Numbered from the whole stretch's first letter, positions 13,501 through 26,762 are shown. The stretch is DNA of 63,838 bases, filler included, from Intoshia linei (GCA_001642005.1; 4 parts of 4 records of this genome joined end to end with filler, not necessarily neighbours in it); one strand, 5' to 3'. Notes: a model not told the origin generated them from the letters alone. Numbers and translations are program-made.

Positions 13501-15342
13501 CGACACCTATTAGTTAACCACGTCCAAATGTCATTTTGGCTAATTTTTTACCATTTGTCAGTTGACAATGTACTTATGTAAAGTGGCCTGAAAAAATACG
13601 TACTATCAATTTTAGTTTATTTGGTGTTATGTTATAGGGCAATGGTTCCCAAAGTGCTCCACAGGAAATTCTAGGTGATCCACCAGAAAAATTTTTAATA
13701 AAATGATGATAAACTTTTTTTAAACAATAATATTAAATTAGAATATTATTCATTATCGATCATTTATTATTATTATTAGTGAACGTAAATATCATTTTAT
13801 AAAACATAAAGTGAAAATTTACTGAATAACGTGAATAATTTTCACGTGCGTTAAATTTAATCTATGTAACAATTTAACTTAGTTCGATAGTCATTCCCAG
13901 AACCGAACCTAGCAAGCTCGTGGCCACTCCTAAAATGAAAAATAGCACCTTAATAAATATTTGTAAACGAATTATGTCATATAACCCTATCCACCTCTTA
14001 AGACTCTTGAGTTAACATTTTAAATTTAAAAACACAAATTAGTGGATATTCAATAAAAATTTAATCTCTCCATTTAATAAATTAAAACTTAATCTTAAAA
14101 AAATTTCGTTAAGATCCATCGGTAGAATGGTCTCGGATACGGTAGGTTCGGAACTGGTAGCACCATAATTATGTTTGAAATTAATAATTTTTTTAATTAC
14201 GCCATTGAAGCTACCATGTCAAAATTAATGTTAAATTTTCGAATTAAGGAGGAATATATAATAAAAAAATTTAAATATTACCTTAGTGACGTGTTCAGGA
14301 TTAAGGGAATTTTTTTAAAAATTATGTGGTCAACACACATTTTTTTTTGTGACAAGTGGTCCAAGGTGGATAAAGTTTGGGAACCACTGTTATAGGGAGA
14401 CTTCACGGTGATATAAATATTCAGTTATACACTATGATAGCTTTACCGTGAACATAGCAAATAAACTTACTTTACAAATGTTAATGTTAAGAAAATTTTA
14501 ATAAAAATAAAAAAATAAAACGAAATTTGTTCAACAAAATCAATTAAAGCTAGCTTTCTGACACCACATATATAGCAAAAACTTGATAAAAATGTTAATT
14601 GTTATTTTTATGCTGAAATTGAAAAATTTCATCAATTTCTAATACACACTAAAGAATTTTATGATGCTAAGAGTATAGAAAATATTGTTGGTGTATTTTA
14701 CATAAAGAATAAATGTATGTTATTTTTTATTAATCTTTGTTTATTTTACAGGGTGTAATAATTTACCTCTTGGGTTGCTTATGCGAGCAGATAAGGCTCT
14801 GACGTGTTTAATTTATTTTATATAATTATAAATTAAATGAATTTTAAAATTGTTTTACATAAAAATTTAAATTATATACGTATAAAATTTGTTTATTTTA
14901 ATTTTGTATAATTAATTGCATAATAATTGTAATGAAATTTCTTTTTTTTTTTTATATAAAAACTAAATATAGATCTTATATCCATGACAATTGGTGAATC
15001 AAGCACTAAGTTACTAGACCTTGTTAAATTTGGCTCTGGATAAAATGACCTCCCATGTCGTTTCAAATGATATCTATTAAATTAATACAAAATAACAAAC
15101 ATAGTATGTAATCAATTCGCTCGTAAGAGTAATACCATTTGACAGGAGACTTATACAATACCCTTCATAAATATTGTATAGATCAAAGCGCATATGACTA
15201 AGACGCAAAGTTTGTACATTAAATACTACTTCTTCATCAAAAATGAACTAAAATTATAAATAAATTAAGTTATTTAAATAATGCAAACATGATGTCGAAG
15301 GTTTAGTTTAACTTCTTTAATAATTTGTAACAATCTCTCCAT
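7541..15342 (-). CDS. SUPT20H: Transcription factor SPT20 homolog (SAGA subunit), multi-exon; 3' end approximate
   Basis: Spliced exons give MERLLQII.. / RFDLYNIYEGYCISLLSNGITLTSELITY (15103-15247) / ESNLITEALHGK (13326-13361) / VNNILIRFSESQDI / NTFYDGSILLYIYDH..LVPHIS (11094-11262) / NINWDL..YKIEAELCRL (to 9844) / RFYLGNLIHVTKYIQQFINLLSNDGHKKIIIEH (8500-8880), colinear with Spt20 motifs. Confidence 0.72.
8973..9180 (+). mobile_element. pogo/Tigger remnant in intron
   Basis: CAGTAAAACCTC terminus; FPKELAEIIE...QIFNVDATGLF (DETG motif remnant). Confidence 0.55.
9867..11076. mobile_element. pogo-like MITE (TA TSD) hosting a nested TTAA element
   Basis: TA|CAGTATTCTCTC ... GAGAGAATACTG|TA. Confidence 0.8.
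9916..10864 (-). mobile_element. TTAA-flanked element with piggyBac-like TIRs carrying a Tc1-like HTH remnant
   Basis: TTAA|CCCTTTCACTGTCT ... AGACAGTGAAAGGA|TTAA; minus strand from 10694 reads MGQKNDLKMDEKSQITALLARGKTTLQISKCLKRDHRTIKK*. Confidence 0.78.
11440..12640 (-). mobile_element. PIF/Harbinger-ISL2EU-like (DDE_Tnp_4) transposase pseudogene in SUPT20H intron
   Basis: LIIYLFWLKTG HTH, IGLIGDNA, WDGKHKFNALKKEV, ILMDSGY, RSLVERFFGRLK spread over frameshifted ORFs. Confidence 0.82.
13640..14389. mobile_element. hAT (Buster/Charlie-type) MITE with nested MITE at 13898-14156
   Basis: TIR CAATGGTTCCCAAA/TTTGGGAACCACTG; perfect 8-bp TSD TTATAGGG; inner CAGAACCGAACCTA...TAGGTTCGGAACTG. Confidence 0.85.
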
Positions 15343-16389
15343 TGTCAGATTTTTAATGCAGATTTTGCCGGTTTGAAAAATTCATAAAATTGTCAATAAA
15401 GTGTGCATTAAATTAACAAATGTATTATTAACTTTTTCTTGTTACTTAGTCACTTGATCGTAACGATAATATCATCGGTACTACTAAAATATCAATTAAA
15501 GTAATTAGTTAACTCATTTATTAGATTATACTTTTATTTTATATTTCGCAATTATCCCGTTACTCATATATTTTTATCTTTTTATATTCTGTCATATCCC
15601 AACGCTGCTACTGTTAGTTGAATTTGATTTTAAATTGAATCAAAACCTTTTTACATAAATTTATTATATTTTTTCGAAATCAAAACGGTCTGCTCGTTTA
15701 TATACTGTACTAATTCTTATTCATTACATAATGTTTTTACATTTAATTTAATCAAATATCTTACGCGTATTTGTATAATAGAAACAATTATTACGACAAT
15801 ATCAGCCTCATTTTCTGATACTACGAAATTAGAAATGATTTTAAAAAATATAGATTAAAACTTGTTATCAGTTATAGATACAATTTGTACAATTAAAATG
15901 TAAAGATTGCAGAGTAAAGGAAAATATTGAGCTCAGAAATTAAAGAAAAGTAGACAAATCTAGAAATAACTATGACAAAACTATTACGCAATTGGCTTAC
16001 TCAGATACTTTGCAAATTGCAAGATTTTTATCGAATTATCGAAAGATAATTTGTAAAAAAATTGGCTGTCGAATTTAGAAATATTTACTACAAGCATTAT
16101 AATGTGAGTCTATTTGGGCATCAATAAGTCTAGTAATTCTTAGGCCTAAAATATAATACGTAGTTTGCTGTTGTATCATAATTATTTGCGCCATAATTGT
16201 GAATGATCTATTGTCTATTATGCAAAGATATGCAGTGTAGTATCGTGAAATACTTGTACTGAAATATTTATAGTCACTACAGTAATAAATTTAGCGCAAA
16301 TGCAGAAAATTTCACAAGTGAAATTTAGAATAGTTTTATACATAATTCGAATCCATCATTACCAATTTTAGTATTCCAAAATTCGAAAA

Positions 16390-17377
16390 ATGATTCAAGT
16401 TGGTAGATCTAGCAGAGGAAATGTAGTAATCAAGTATGAAGGGTATTGTTACAGTAGAAATAAAACGGCTAAACAAAGACAGTATTGGCGTTGTCGCGAT
16501 TCGTCATGTTTGGCTACATGTAGTACTGATCTCGAGTTTAAGCATTTCAAATACGGTCTTAAAAAACATTTACATCCACCTACAACTGAAGACATATGTT
16601 TTACAAATAAAATATTTTCAAGGGAAAAAAGAGTAAAGGCAAAATTGAATAAAGTTGATAATCCCTTAAATGGTCATGTTTTACATAGCGAATTTACAAA
16701 TTTAAATGTATCCACGTCTGACAAAGTGACTGATTCGAATAGTGGTGAAAAAAGTTTAAACCCAGTAGATACCAAGGAATCTTGTTCAGACATTGACATT
16801 TTACGTTCAAATTCAGATTCCATATTTGAATCAATTAATCTCAACCAGTCTGAATCACCTTCTGAATCACCTTGTAAATTATCAAAATACACTGATCAAT
16901 TACTGAATTCTACAAATACCAAAATTGATTTCATTGACACATCTACTAATTCCCTTTGTACAAATTGTCAAAAACACACCGTTTCCCCAGAAATTACCGA
17001 TACTCATCTTAAAAATATTTTAGAAAGTGGTTATCTTCGATTTCAACGAAAACAAGATAAATTTCCGTCCGAACAACACCTTTTGTCTACATTTTCATCC
17101 TTTAAATTTGCACTCCAGGAATCTATTCTCTTTTTTTATCGAGAATGGGTTGAATATATGTCTATGGTATTCTTTTTATATTTTAAATATATTTTTTCTA
17201 GTTTTTTATTTATAATTTAATTTGCAGACTTCACATGATTTGTCAAATTCAAAAATTGAACATTTTAAAAAACTTGAAGTCAAACTTTCTGAATTAAAAG
17301 ATTTATACGACAAAAAACTGTTATCTAAAACCCAATATTGTAATATGGCCCTAACTTGCCTTTCTGAATATAAATAA
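16390..17377 (+). CDS. FLYWCH zinc-finger protein, 2 exons (intron 17167-17227)
   Basis: YEGYCY..QYWRC..CLATC..HLHPP FLYWCH motif; GT..TTTGCAG intron continues in frame to TAA 17377. Confidence 0.8.
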
Positions 17378-18599
17378 AAATTTTTTTTCATTATATATAA
17401 ATTCTTTACTATTCTTTTGTTTCTTACAATTTTCGTGAAATTATCCACTTTTGCAATACATTTTTAGATTGTAGTATCATGAATTGATTTTCTTTTACAT
17501 TTTATTACAATTAAATGGAATATCTAATTTGTATTTATTACAATGTTAAGTTTTAATCCTCAAATTAAATATATAGGACATTTGTATCTAGATTTTAGAG
17601 TGATATAAATATAATCCAAGTTGGAAATGATGCATGCTTTCTGTTTGCTCAAATTAACTAAAACTTGTTTTTCCTGGATTTAATATTTTTATATATTTCA
17701 TTATTCTTTTTTTTGTTACAAAAATAGGCAACGGGTCTATACTGAAATGTACTTTTTATGTTTAAAAAGATGATTTTAAAAAAAAATGTATGTAATGGTT
17801 GTCAAGCTAAGGCTAAGCACCAGAGGTCGTTGATAATTTGTAAACAAAAATGAATATTACATGTATTGCCTTAAATTTTCTTCTGCTTATCTGAAAAAAT
17901 GTACAAACAGCATCCTAGCTCTGGCGAGGGAAAATTTTTTTTATTTTATTAATGTTATATAAATTATTAATATAATATATAATTGCGACCTGCTTATTAC
18001 TAATATTAATTCATTTAATTTAATATTTTAATGCAAATAACATTTTCTATAGAGGTTACTATATTAAAATTTTACTCAAAGTGTGCCGACAATTTATCGC
18101 ACAAGATTTAATATTATAATTGAAAAAATATCAGGTTGTCAAGGAATTATTTTTCGCACACTCTGTGAAAAAAATCACGCTACACCACTGGTGTTTTAGT
18201 GAATTATTAACTTTCAAGGCCTACGTCGTATAGGCATAAAAGGCGCTTGCTTGCTTTTTGACTTGCTTTAGAATTGTTTTTAGTTAAGACACATGTTAGT
18301 ACAATGTACTAAGTACATATACCAAACATAAATTTGACTAAATTAGTTTATTTTCTAATGTATTTATTTCTCCATAATAATGTATTTTATTTTCTAATAT
18401 TGAGTTTAATCTAATTATAACCCAATCTGAATTTACTAAAAATCCACATAAACGTGATATTAATTGACATAATTTTAAAAAATATTCACATCCTAGTGTA
18501 CAGTATTTATTTCTATATGTATTTACAATACAGCAATCTATTGACATTGAAATTTATTTACATTAATATTATTTTGTTAAATTCTAAAAAATTTTCCAA

Positions 18600-19140
18600 A
18601 TGGATTTAAATTTTAAACAAAAATCCAAAGGTGTTCGAAGCATAATTAGATCAATGAACTTTGAAATGATTGTAAAATTTTAAATATATTTTTTATCTAA
18701 TTAAATTTTTAGCACTCTGAAAAGAAAAATTACATTGCAAAGTACAATTACAATGTTTATAATATCCGACATGAATTTTATCCATTACAATTTAAATTTT
18801 ATTGTCAAAATACAAATTTTGATCAATTTAGAAAAATTGTTAAAAAAATTATTACATTTGAATGCATACATGGATTGCTTCAAATTAGATTTATTAATGA
18901 AATTCAACCACAATTAAATAATTCATTGTTTCAAATTTTGAACACAATTATGGAATGCAGCGAATATTTTACAAAATTCTTTAAAACATATAAACTGAAA
19001 TTGTATACTAATTATATTCTCACTTATGATTTGCGTAAGTTTTAAATGTACAGTACTCTTTAAATGTAATTTTTTCAGATTTTACCATTTTTAGTAAATT
19101 ATTTCAGGGTTTTCCAAAATGGGCAATTCGGCTTTGTTAG
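18600..19140 (+). CDS. Uncharacterised ~146 aa protein, 3 exons
   Basis: ATG 18600; short GT-AG introns ~18672-18712 and ~19035-19078 keep an open frame (MDLNFKQK...GFPKWAIRLC*). Confidence 0.55.
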
Positions 19141-19384
19141 TGGATGCTTTAAAAAGTTTTAAAAATTTTAATTAATATAAAAAATAATAAATATAAATAT
19201 AAAAATAAATTTGTATTGATTTATTTATGATATTTTCTAGTAAAATTGGTGAAAATAAGAGGTAACACAAAAGAGATTGAAAAAAAACTGAATTAAATGT
19301 ATTTACTTTTGACGTATAATGTGTTTAACTACATTTTAATTTTAAGGTAAAAGTGTATCTATTGTAACATTAACATGTTATTAC

Positions 19385-20221
19385 TAGGGCAAACAATGTC
19401 ATAAAAATAATTATTTTTTTTAATGATAAAATAATGTTATAAATGTAAGAAGGAACTCTGATAAACGCATTTAATGGGGTATATCGATTTTTAAAAAGTC
19501 ATAAATGTCATATTTCTGACACAATTGTCATAATAATATTATTCAAGTCATAATATAAAAAAATGTTTATTCTCCTAACGAATATACCTAAAACGATAAT
19601 ATAAATTAACAATTTTCAATTATACTGTGTAAAATCAAATCACCTAAAACTTATGCGCAGCTATTGAACAGTCGAACCTCATCATTGTGTTAAAAGATCC
19701 GTTTTCGTTGTTGAAGAGTATATTATCCGACGAAAGAAATCTTTTTAAAAAAAATATTTATAAATATATTTTATTGTACTATAACAGCGTTTCTCAACAT
19801 ACTTCACAGTTAGTACCCCTAAGCTAAAAAAAAATTGTTAAAACTCTACTTGACCCAAAATGGATATCTAAAAAATCGTTAATGATTGAACTGACGAAAT
19901 AAGGATGTAAATGTATTTAATATACAATCTTAAAAATACAGAGACTATCAAATAGACGTAAAGACATAAAGAACTAAGTACATTATTACAAATTAATTTT
20001 TATTTTCAATTATTTTTGGCATTTACAATAATATATATAATTTATGAGTCATAGTATCAGACGAGCTGGCACTCTAAAATATTTTCTGGGTCCCTAGGGG
20101 TTCCAGTATCTTCATTTAGGATCCGCTGTACTATAATAAATGAATTTGTCATAAAAAGTCATATTATTTTTGGGAAATGTCATATTTTGTTTTAATTTTT
20201 GGTTATAAATAAATTGCCCTA
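19385..20221. mobile_element. hAT (Ac-type) MITE
   Basis: TAGGGCAA...TTGCCCTA with 8-bp TSD GTTATTAC. Confidence 0.82.
19785..20128. mobile_element. Nested hAT (Buster-type) MITE
   Basis: CAGCG...CGCTG with 8-bp TSD TACTATAA. Confidence 0.8.
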
Positions 20222-20341
20222 GTTATTACTAATAGTTTAATTCATTTGATACATTGTTAAACGATCCCATGGTTTCTTCGGTATCAGTGGGGTACAATGT
20301 CATGGGTTCAAGAGTGCTGATTATGACGGTTCTTTATTATT

Positions 20342-20651
20342 GGCTTGTATTTATAGCGTCAGTATTTTTATCCGTAAAGTGTCAGTATTTTAAATAGTTT
20401 GTCAGTAAAAACATTAAATCGTCAGTCGATATAATAAATTTTCAGTATTTTAGGTGCCAGTTGACAAGGTGTCAGTATTTAAATTGGAAGGGCAGTGAAA
20501 AAAATTATTTTGTCAGTACTTTAAATAAACTGTCAGTATGTCCTTGACTATACAGTATATACTGACAAATATGTAATTGAATACTGACAAAATAATTTTA
20601 TTAAAATACTGAGTTTCAGTAATTAAATACTGACAAATATAATACTACCCC
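20342..20651. mobile_element. MITE with arrays of GTCAGTA/TACTGAC motifs (MULE/Merlin-like)
   Basis: GGC... and ...CCCC ends, flanking TTATTATT duplication; related to 39151-39840 and 23640-24125. Confidence 0.65.
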
Positions 20652-20762
20652 TTATTATTTATGTAGACACTATTTGCATTAATACTAAAAGTAATTAGGG
20701 TTAATCCATTTTTTCCCAAGCTATTTTTTTATTTTTTTGGCTTTAATTTTACAATGTTAGTA

Positions 20763-22081
20763 CAGTAGAAGCCGCTTATATTGATCATATTGGGACAGAG
20801 CAGTTTTGATCACTATAAGCGGCTTTTTGAAATGTAGATAATTTTATTTATTTACATATTCGATGAAAGTTATGGATACGAAATATTACATAAAAATACT
20901 TGAATAACATTTCCATAATCATAATAAATAACATAATCCACAGATAAATCCCATTTAATCAGCCAATCTGTGAATATAGATCTAGTCATCCAAGAATTTT
21001 GACTACTTACATAATCAACGGGTAACATTCCAATGCCTCTAAAGCATCGTGGGCTTTTGCTTTTCCCGATTACCAATAGTTTTTTTGTGCCCTTCCATAT
21101 TGACGCAGAACAATAATGTAAGTAGTTCTTTGATTACTTTAAACCCCTTACAGCTGTCATTTTTAAATAAATATGTATGATTAGGAATTGCCCTAAAATA
21201 TAATCCGATTTCATCAGCATTGTAAATGTTCTTCGGACTATATTCATTTACAATTCTGGACCACTCGGTTTTTAGCCAATCGTCAGCTGCTACAAAATCT
21301 GCACTTTTTTCTTTTATATGAATTTGTTGGTAAACAATATTCTCTCTTTTTTTCCACCTATTGAACCATCCATCTGTAGCTTTGAAATTTTCTATATTCA
21401 TAGTTTTTGCAATTTCTTCAGCTTTTTGACGCAAAATTGGTCCATCTATTGAAGCATTTTTTTCACGTAGATGCGAAAACCAAAGCTTCAGTGCAGATTC
21501 AACATCTTTATACATTCCCGGTCTTTTCCTTTTTTTCTTCATGTTGTCATTCATGATTGATGCACATTGAATATTCGTTTTCTTTAAAATTGTGTTCAAA
21601 AGAGATTGTACTATTTTGAGTTTTGAAGCAGCACTGCGTTGACTCATTTTTGGTAGTTTTTCATATTCCATTATTATTTCTTTTTTCTCTTGAATTGTTA
21701 AATTTGATCTTTTCTTGTGTTCTGACATTTTCATATAAATTTAACTTAACTTTATCTCAATATTAAAAATAATACAATAATAATTCGATATGATAATCTA
21801 CAAAAACGCCACACATTTATAATTACGTACTTATGAAATACTTATCAACAAAATATAACACTTCAGACTTGAGACTCTTAATGTTTATTTGTCAATTATA
21901 ATTATAATAAATGTTCATTTCCACATTTAAATTAAAATGTAAAGTTTAAATAATTAACGAATTGATCACTATAAAAGGACTAAATTCCATATATTTTGAT
22001 TAAAATATACGGGATTATTAATTTTGATCATTATAAGCGGCTGATCACTATATCCGTGATCAATATAAGCGGATTCTACTT
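20763..22081 (-). mobile_element. pogo/Tigger (TIGD4/6-like) transposon with both TIRs; frameshifted, C-terminally deleted transposase 21734-20870
   Basis: TIR CAGTAGAAGCCGCTTATATTGATCA / TGATCAATATAAGCGGATTCTACT; CENP-B HTH (FKATDGWFNRWKKR), IYNADEIGLYF, VIGKSKSPRCF, NSWMT. Confidence 0.92.
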
Positions 22082-22785
22082 TATATTTGTGCAAAAAATT
22101 TACTAAACTATGGAAATATTGAAAAAAGATTTTATAGACAGAGTTTACTGTTTTATATTTCTTTGAGATTTAAAAAAATAAATATTTTGAAATTGGTGTC
22201 CATAAATGCTACACTATTTGAATCTGGAAGCACTGTTCTAAATGTATAATTAAAATATGATTATATTTAAAGTTTACAGTATAAGTTACAAGGTGACTCT
22301 GTGAACCATTTTTACAAAAAATGGGTTCAACCTTGACTCGGTCATAAATTTTTATTGTCAACTGATGGAATCTCACAAATTTTTAAATTCAATACTTACA
22401 TACTATTTTTTTCATATAATGTATGGTCAACAAAGTTAGCATTGAACAACAAGTATGTTTAAAATTTTAATCACTTCAACATAGATGTACTTATTATTTC
22501 AATTTAGTAATGCTTATAAAACAGGTTGTAACATATATTTGTTACAATTTTAATGTTTTTAAAAGATTTATAAAACGAAGAAATCACATTTATAAGGTAA
22601 TAATTACAATTTACAATCAAGTCTAGCAAAGTATAAATTATCCAAAAATTGGCATCTTTGAGAAAATGAATAATGGTCAATATAAAATGAAATCATATGT
22701 TCCAAAACATTTACCCTTTAGCATTGTGATTCACAAAAACTCAAATGTATATAACGTAAAAAATCTCAAGCTATATATGTAAAAT

Positions 22786-23051
22786 CAGAGTCGAACCTAC
22801 CCAACTCGAGGCCACCTGAAAATAAAAAGTTGGTTAAAAAAAATAAATTTAAAAAAGTTGCAGTGTGATATAGCCTCTGGCCACCACTATAAGCTCTTGA
22901 CTTTTCATTTTAAATTTAAACCACAAAATAGTTATAATATTTAAAAATATTATTTATTAATGCTCAATTAGGAAAAATGAGGCCCTTATGTTAGACAAGG
23001 TTGCGCGATGCAGACCCGAAGAGGGGTCTCGGTATGGTAGGTTCAACACTG
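22786..23051. mobile_element. MITE, same family as 13898-14156
   Basis: CAGAGTCGAACCTACC ... GGTAGGTTCAACACTG; shared internal GGCCAC and CTCTTGA blocks. Confidence 0.65.
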
Positions 23052-23140
23052 CCATTTGGCTATTATAATAATATAAACTTAATTATGTTTGGCTGAACTT
23101 AATGTGGTAATAAGATGAATTTTTTAATGATTGTATACGT

Positions 23141-24777
23141 CAGGGTGGTCTAAATAAATGGCGAGTGAGGGCCAAAAAATGAATTTTGCTAATTTTGCGG
23201 GTCACAATATTAAAAAACATTTTACACAATTATTTTATTATTTTTTTCATTTTAGTTTTTTGCTCTTACTTCAATTTCAAAAAGATTTTTCTCACTTGCA
23301 CTGCTTATTTACATAACACAATTTATTAATGTTTTAAATATACGCATTCACTTTTCATTGCAGCTATATGAATATATTTTATTAAAAAAAAAAATGTGAA
23401 ATAATTAACGGTCCGAAAATTAAAAAAAAGAAGATTATTCTGATAGAGCTTATTCCAGTTCATATAAATACAAAATTTCATATCCTGAAATCTACGCATT
23501 CCCGGAGAAGAATAATTTTGAATATACTATCAACCAATATTTTTCAAATACATGTATTTCGATTAAAATAAAAATTCAAAATGTAGATATTGATCAAGGG
23601 TTTTAAATATGCGGCCCTCGGGCCATTTTCGGCCCGGAAATAATTAATATTATTATAATTAATTAATAAAAAATTTTGAGTTAATGATGAGTTATATCAT
23701 CCACTACAGACCCAAGTTAAAACTAAACTATTAAGATACCATATTATACTTACAACTATATTACAAAAAAATTAGAAATATTCTATGGTGTTCGCACCAG
23801 AGAATATTTTTTTAGGAAAACAAATAGAATGTAATTATGGCAATAGTAGAGTATTGTAATATATTTTACAAAAGGATTTTTTGTCAGTTTCAATTTATAC
23901 AGAAAATTAAATTTAAATACTGACAGTATATTTAAAGTACTGACAAAATAATTTTTTTTATTGCTCTTCCAATTTGAATATTGACAATCCATTATTTATA
24001 CTGACACCTAAAACACTGGCAATCCATTATATCAACTAAAAATTCACTATTTTTAATGAAAAATCATCTAAAATACTGACACTTTACGGATTAAAATACT
24101 GACTACTGACGCGATAAATACTAGCAATTTTTAATACGAAAATTTTATTTTGTTTTAAAAAGTTTTTTGTTTCATTATCAGTTTAAGTAAGTATTAAAGC
24201 GGTTATAACTTGTTTATTGATAATCTTTCTATTTGAGAACTTCATTTTGTTTTGTTTGTGATATTTAGTTTTTATGGGATACTCCGAAATTCTGTAAAAC
24301 AGGATTTTTCCATCAAAGGTTGGTAAAAATAGTATTTTCCTTTTAGGATTGGTAAACGGGAATTTTTCCTTTTAAGGTTAGTAAAACCGGATTTTTCCCT
24401 TAAGTGTAGGTAAAACTGAATTTTTCCTGTTAGTGTTGGTAAATTTTGATTTTTAGTTAAAATGGTTGGATTTAAGTAGACACCCTTATAAAATTATCCG
24501 TAGTATAAAAATTCATTTATTTTATAAATCAAGCACAGTCTGGAACATTTTGTACATTGTACATTGTACACATTGTACACATTGTCCTTGGGACATTTCG
24601 TACACGTACCACATAAAACGTAAACAAGTTGTGCTAAAAAAATTTTAATTTTTCACAACGTTAATATACAAATTAAAATATTTTAGGGGTACATTTTTCA
24701 CGCCAGGGGGAGGCCCATCTTTCCCCTGTATTATCTAGATACGCTAATATTTCGCGGCCATGCTTTAAATCACCCTG
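23141..24777. mobile_element. Composite hAT MITE with nested repeats and ~30-bp minisatellite (24295-24450)
   Basis: CAGGGTG...CACCCTG with 8-bp TSD GTATACGT. Confidence 0.8.
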
Positions 24778-25113
24778 GTATACGTAAATACAATATATTA
24801 TTAACAGATTAATTTATATGTACTTTAGATTCTGAATAAATTTGGATATCACATTAAGGACGAAAAAATTGATGAGATAAAATATAGTAAATATATAACA
24901 TTACCGACACATATTTACACAACTATAAACGTGAATATTTTATCAAACATACATATACATTTATTACAAAGATTCATCATTTATTTACACCTATTGAATG
25001 ACGTAATATTTTATTTGTACATGTATGTGTATTATAATTATATACATTAACATTAACATAATTATAATTTATAGAATATAAATGACATAATAGAAAAACA
25101 ATTTATACATAAA

Positions 25114-25335
25114 ATGTCACGTATATTAACAAAATTGATTATTAAGCTAGAAAATAAAAGTGTACCTCTAAAGAAAAGAATAAATAGTAAAAATGTACTT
25201 ATAAGAAACGCCTGCAAAGATGTAAACAATGATGATAAGTTTGCAATTACAAAGGTAAGCTATTCCGGTGAAAATGAAGATAACGAACATGATAGTACGA
25301 CTAAAAAAGTAAGCTACATCTGTGAAGATGAAAAT
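25114..25335 (+). CDS. Possible gene 5' end truncated by gap, unknown product
   Basis: AAAATG start, open to gap; internal repeat TKVSYSGENEDN/KKVSYICEDEN. Confidence 0.3.
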
Positions 25336-25435
25336 NNNNNNNNNNNNNNNNNNNNNNNNNNNNNNNNNNNNNNNNNNNNTTAATTAATTAANNNNNNNNN
25401 NNNNNNNNNNNNNNNNNNNNNNNNNNNNNNNNNNN
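25336..25435. other. Assembly gap with TTAATTAATTAA linker
   Basis: N-run with six-frame stop linker. Confidence 0.97.
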
Positions 25436-25736
25436 TATTTTTTTTTGTTAAAGTTGTGATAACTGAATTTAATGAATACCATATGATGATTTCATGTATT
25501 GGCTACAATTTGATGAAATAATTAAGTATATTGACGATACGGTTTTATATATACACACTTTTATTTGCCTTATTCTCCCAATGTGAACATATGGAATGTG
25601 AAATAACTCCATAACTACAATTGGTAATTACCTAAAATTATATATGGTGAAAAATAGGTAAGTATGTATTAACTTCCCAAATTTTTGGAAAAATCTAAGC
25701 CAAAAAATTGGAAAAATTTGTCTGGGAGTATATGGG
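25436..25736. mobile_element. piggyBac-type MITE end, inverted near-copy of 34270-34570
   Basis: Ends CTGGGAGTATATGGG|TTAA; near-identical to the reverse complement of 34270-34570. Confidence 0.8.
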
Positions 25737-25739
25737 TTA

Positions 25740-26179
25740 ATAATAATTTTCTCTTTAAAGCTCTAGAATCTATATTTTTAAGATAATCATAAATATCAAC
25801 TCATTTTTGTTCTAATTACAAGTCAATTTATTACGTTTTTTATCAAATCTTTAATAGATATTAAATTAAATGGCGTTAATTAGAAAAAATTACTATCATT
25901 GCGAAAATTCATTTTTAACTTTATTTTATATCAGTAAATAATTTAAAATTGATAAAATATTTTATGGACTCCAAAAAATTGATGTGGACCCGTTGATAAT
26001 CTTTTGTGCATATTAGTTCGTCATGTATTAGTCAAAAACTCATAATAACAAGAAATATGACGATTTAATGGTTTTTATTTAAAAAAATTAAATTCCTTTA
26101 ACTAGGGTGTTACTATGGGGAAAATTCCATATTAATGGAATTACGGAATTTTTAATTCCGTTAATAAGGACTTAGACTG
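25740..26179. mobile_element. pogo-like MITE, partial inverted copy of 30931-31462
   Basis: ...TTAATAAGGACTTAGACTG|TA; AATTCCGTTAA subrepeats; colinear with 30931-31340 reverse complement. Confidence 0.72.
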
Positions 26180-26762
26180 TATAATAAAAAGTCAAATATT
26201 TTTATCATTATCCACTAATTCCCATCTAATAAAATTTTAAATTAAAAAATAATAATTATAGAATTTTGTATAAAAAAAATTAAGAAAAATATTTTCCAAA
26301 TCATAACCAAGTTAAAAATTACCAGGTTAAACTAAATAAATTCAATTTAAATAATATTACCGTTTTTTGAAATCCAAGTCCATCACAAATATATACTTCC
26401 ATAACATTTAAATATATATGATCATTTAAAAGTTTAATCAAAACATTTGAAAATTTGATATCATCAAATAAATACTAATTAATTACATTTATATAAATAA
26501 AAATGTAATGTGATAAATTAATGTAACAAGGGTAATTTTTATTTTGACCGAATTTTAAAAAAATGTCTCCATAAACCATAATCATCAATTTTAAAAAGTC
26601 TTAATATGTTTTGTGCCATGAATGTGGTCTAAATTCTAGAAATTAACAGTTATAATCTAATCTAAAAAAAAATTTTGGTCATTACAATTTGATCCAATTT
26701 GTATAGAAAATTAGTAAAAATTTAAATTTGGTGGAATATAAATTAATATTAATAATAATCAA

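Noticed and set aside
14975-15073. Open exon-like segment after an AG in the SUPT20H intron
   Set aside because: Spt20 homology runs directly from ITYY to ESNLITE; no convincing donor, so not called
24295-24450. Regularly spaced repeats resembling a CRISPR array
   Set aside because: No unique spacers, no cas genes, eukaryotic context; it is a minisatellite
25380-25391. TTAATTAATTAA palindrome inside N-runs (also ~42174 and ~61104)
   Set aside because: Artificial scaffold linker with stops in six frames, not biological
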